Positions 63,116-64,000 of a DNA stretch of 64,000 bases are shown piece after piece. This DNA comes from a virus (Duplodnaviria; Caudoviricetes). Position 1 is the stretch's first letter; the number at the start of each line of letters is the position of its first letter. Where the stretch lies: positions 11,054 through 75,053 of IMG/VR virus record IMGVR_UViG_2765236019_000001, one strand, 5' to 3'. Position numbers and translations under genes: made by a program. The notes beneath the pieces were generated by a model. The model was not told the origin of the DNA. It saw nothing but the letters and a program-made list of their open reading frames with translations, and did not search any database.

Positions 63116-64000
63116 TCAGGCGACCCTCCCGAAGAGCGCCTGCTCCAGCGCGAACACAGGCGACTCCTGGAGCCGCCGGGCCGCCCTGTCGTACCCGATG
63201 GTGGTCCTGATGTCCCGGTGCCGCATGACCTCCTGCACGCGCTCCAGCGCCTGGCCGAGCTGGAGCAGGAGTACGGTCGTCGTTGCGCGGAGCAGATGCG
63301 GGAAAAGACGGGTGACACCTGCCCGGCGGGCCATCCGGACGATGGTGTCGTAGGCGCCGGATCGGCTGAGCCGACGACCGGAACGGGTCACGAAAATCGG
63401 CCCGGTCGTACGGTCTCCAAGGTAGGCGTCGAGGGCGGCGAACGCGGCGTCCGGCAAGGGCATGGCGATTTTGTCATCACCACCCTTCGGCTTGATCCAT
63501 AGCACCCGCTGGCCTGCGACCGTGCCGATGTCCTCGATGTCTGCGCCCAGCAGCTCGCTGATGCGCAGGCCCAGCAAAAGCAATGTGGTGACCAGCGCGT
63601 AGAGTCGGTCTGAGGTGTCAAACGCCTCCGTGAGGACGGCGACCGACTCCTCCATCGACATGCCCAGGGCGGGCTCCCCCGAAGGCTGGGGCTTGGCCAC
63701 GTCCGTGAACGGGTTCTGGCGGGCGTACCGCCAGCGGATCGCGTACGTGTAGAAGGCACTGACCACGCTGAACGCCCGCCGACGCGTGCGCGGCGCGAGG
63801 CCGTAATCAACTTCCAGAGCACGAAGGAACGTTGCTGCCGTGTCGGGCCGGGCTCGCAGAGGGTCCACGTCGCGGGCCGCGCAGTGGCGGATGTAGCGCG
63901 TGATGTCGCGCTCGTACTCCTCCTGGGTGCGCCCGACCTTGGTCTCCAGCCACTCGCGCACAGCGCGTTCGGCTCTCTTGAAGCTGATCTTGCGGGTCAC
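63116..64000 (-). CDS. Tyrosine recombinase (XerC/D-like); start at window edge
   Basis: GLRISE, K.KG, PHLLR, RH, TIGYD catalytic residues; N-terminal SAM-like domain. Confidence 0.92.
   Translation of the reverse strand: MTRKISFKRAERAVREWLETKVGRTQEEYERDITRYIRHCAARDVDPLRARPDTAATFLRALEVDYGLAPRTRRRAFSVVSAFYTYAIRWRYARQNPFTDVAKPQPSGEPALGMSMEESVAVLTEAFDTSDRLYALVTTLLLLGLRISELLGADIEDIGTVAGQRVLWIKPKGGDDKIAMPLPDAAFAALDAYLGDRTTGPIFVTRSGRRLSRSGAYDTIVRMARRAGVTRLFPHLLRATTTVLLLQLGQALERVQEVMRHRDIRTTIGYDRAARRLQESPVFALEQALFGRVA

Larger units (their letters stand above)
1..64000 (-). mobile_element. Large actinobacterial myovirus-type prophage or plasmid-prophage (ends not in window)
   Basis: Co-oriented terminase, portal, scaffold, capsid, sheath, tube, baseplate and replication genes, plus a tyrosine recombinase and Streptomyces-type accessory genes. 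Confidence 0.93.

Noticed and set aside
2-63822. Many long plus-strand ORFs (e.g. 2-1039, 15302-16756, 24086-25267, 53869-55008)
   Set aside because: Antisense shadows of real minus-strand genes, typical of high-GC codon bias
1-64000. tRNA/rRNA genes, att sites, reverse transcriptase or DGR repeats
   Set aside because: None recognised by eye; tRNAscan-SE and self dot-plot would be needed to exclude them fully

Overview
High-GC, Streptomyces-like window that is almost entirely one large tailed-phage genome (prophage or plasmid-prophage) read on the minus strand. From the right end the order is: Xer-like tyrosine recombinase, MazG-like pyrophosphatase, KTSC protein, terminase, accessory island B (GNAT, GntR, NUDIX, HDxxH protein), portal, scaffold, N4-gp56-type major capsid, accessory island A (XRE-DUF5753/DUF397, AbaA-like ATPase and about 13 small genes), neck genes, and a contractile tail (sheath, T4 gp19-type tube, chaperones, NlpC/P60+SLT tape measure, hub, spike, gp25, baseplate J, carbohydrate-binding tail proteins). 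A replication/recombination module follows (DnaC-like loader, DnaB, primase, SNF2 helicase, SSB, PolA-family polymerase, class II RNR, RecA, two resolvases, WhiB, HNH, Cas4-like nuclease), then a cluster of small genes. The main hand-found signal is a repeated promoter-like motif, TA[A/C]C-N20-NANNNT. It occurs 13 times (11 exact, 2 near matches), always on the coding strand just upstream of phage transcription units, which suggests a phage-specific late regulon. Family assignments come from motif recognition only; no searches were run. Many start codons were moved downstream of the ORF-track starts using RBS or stop/start overlap evidence.
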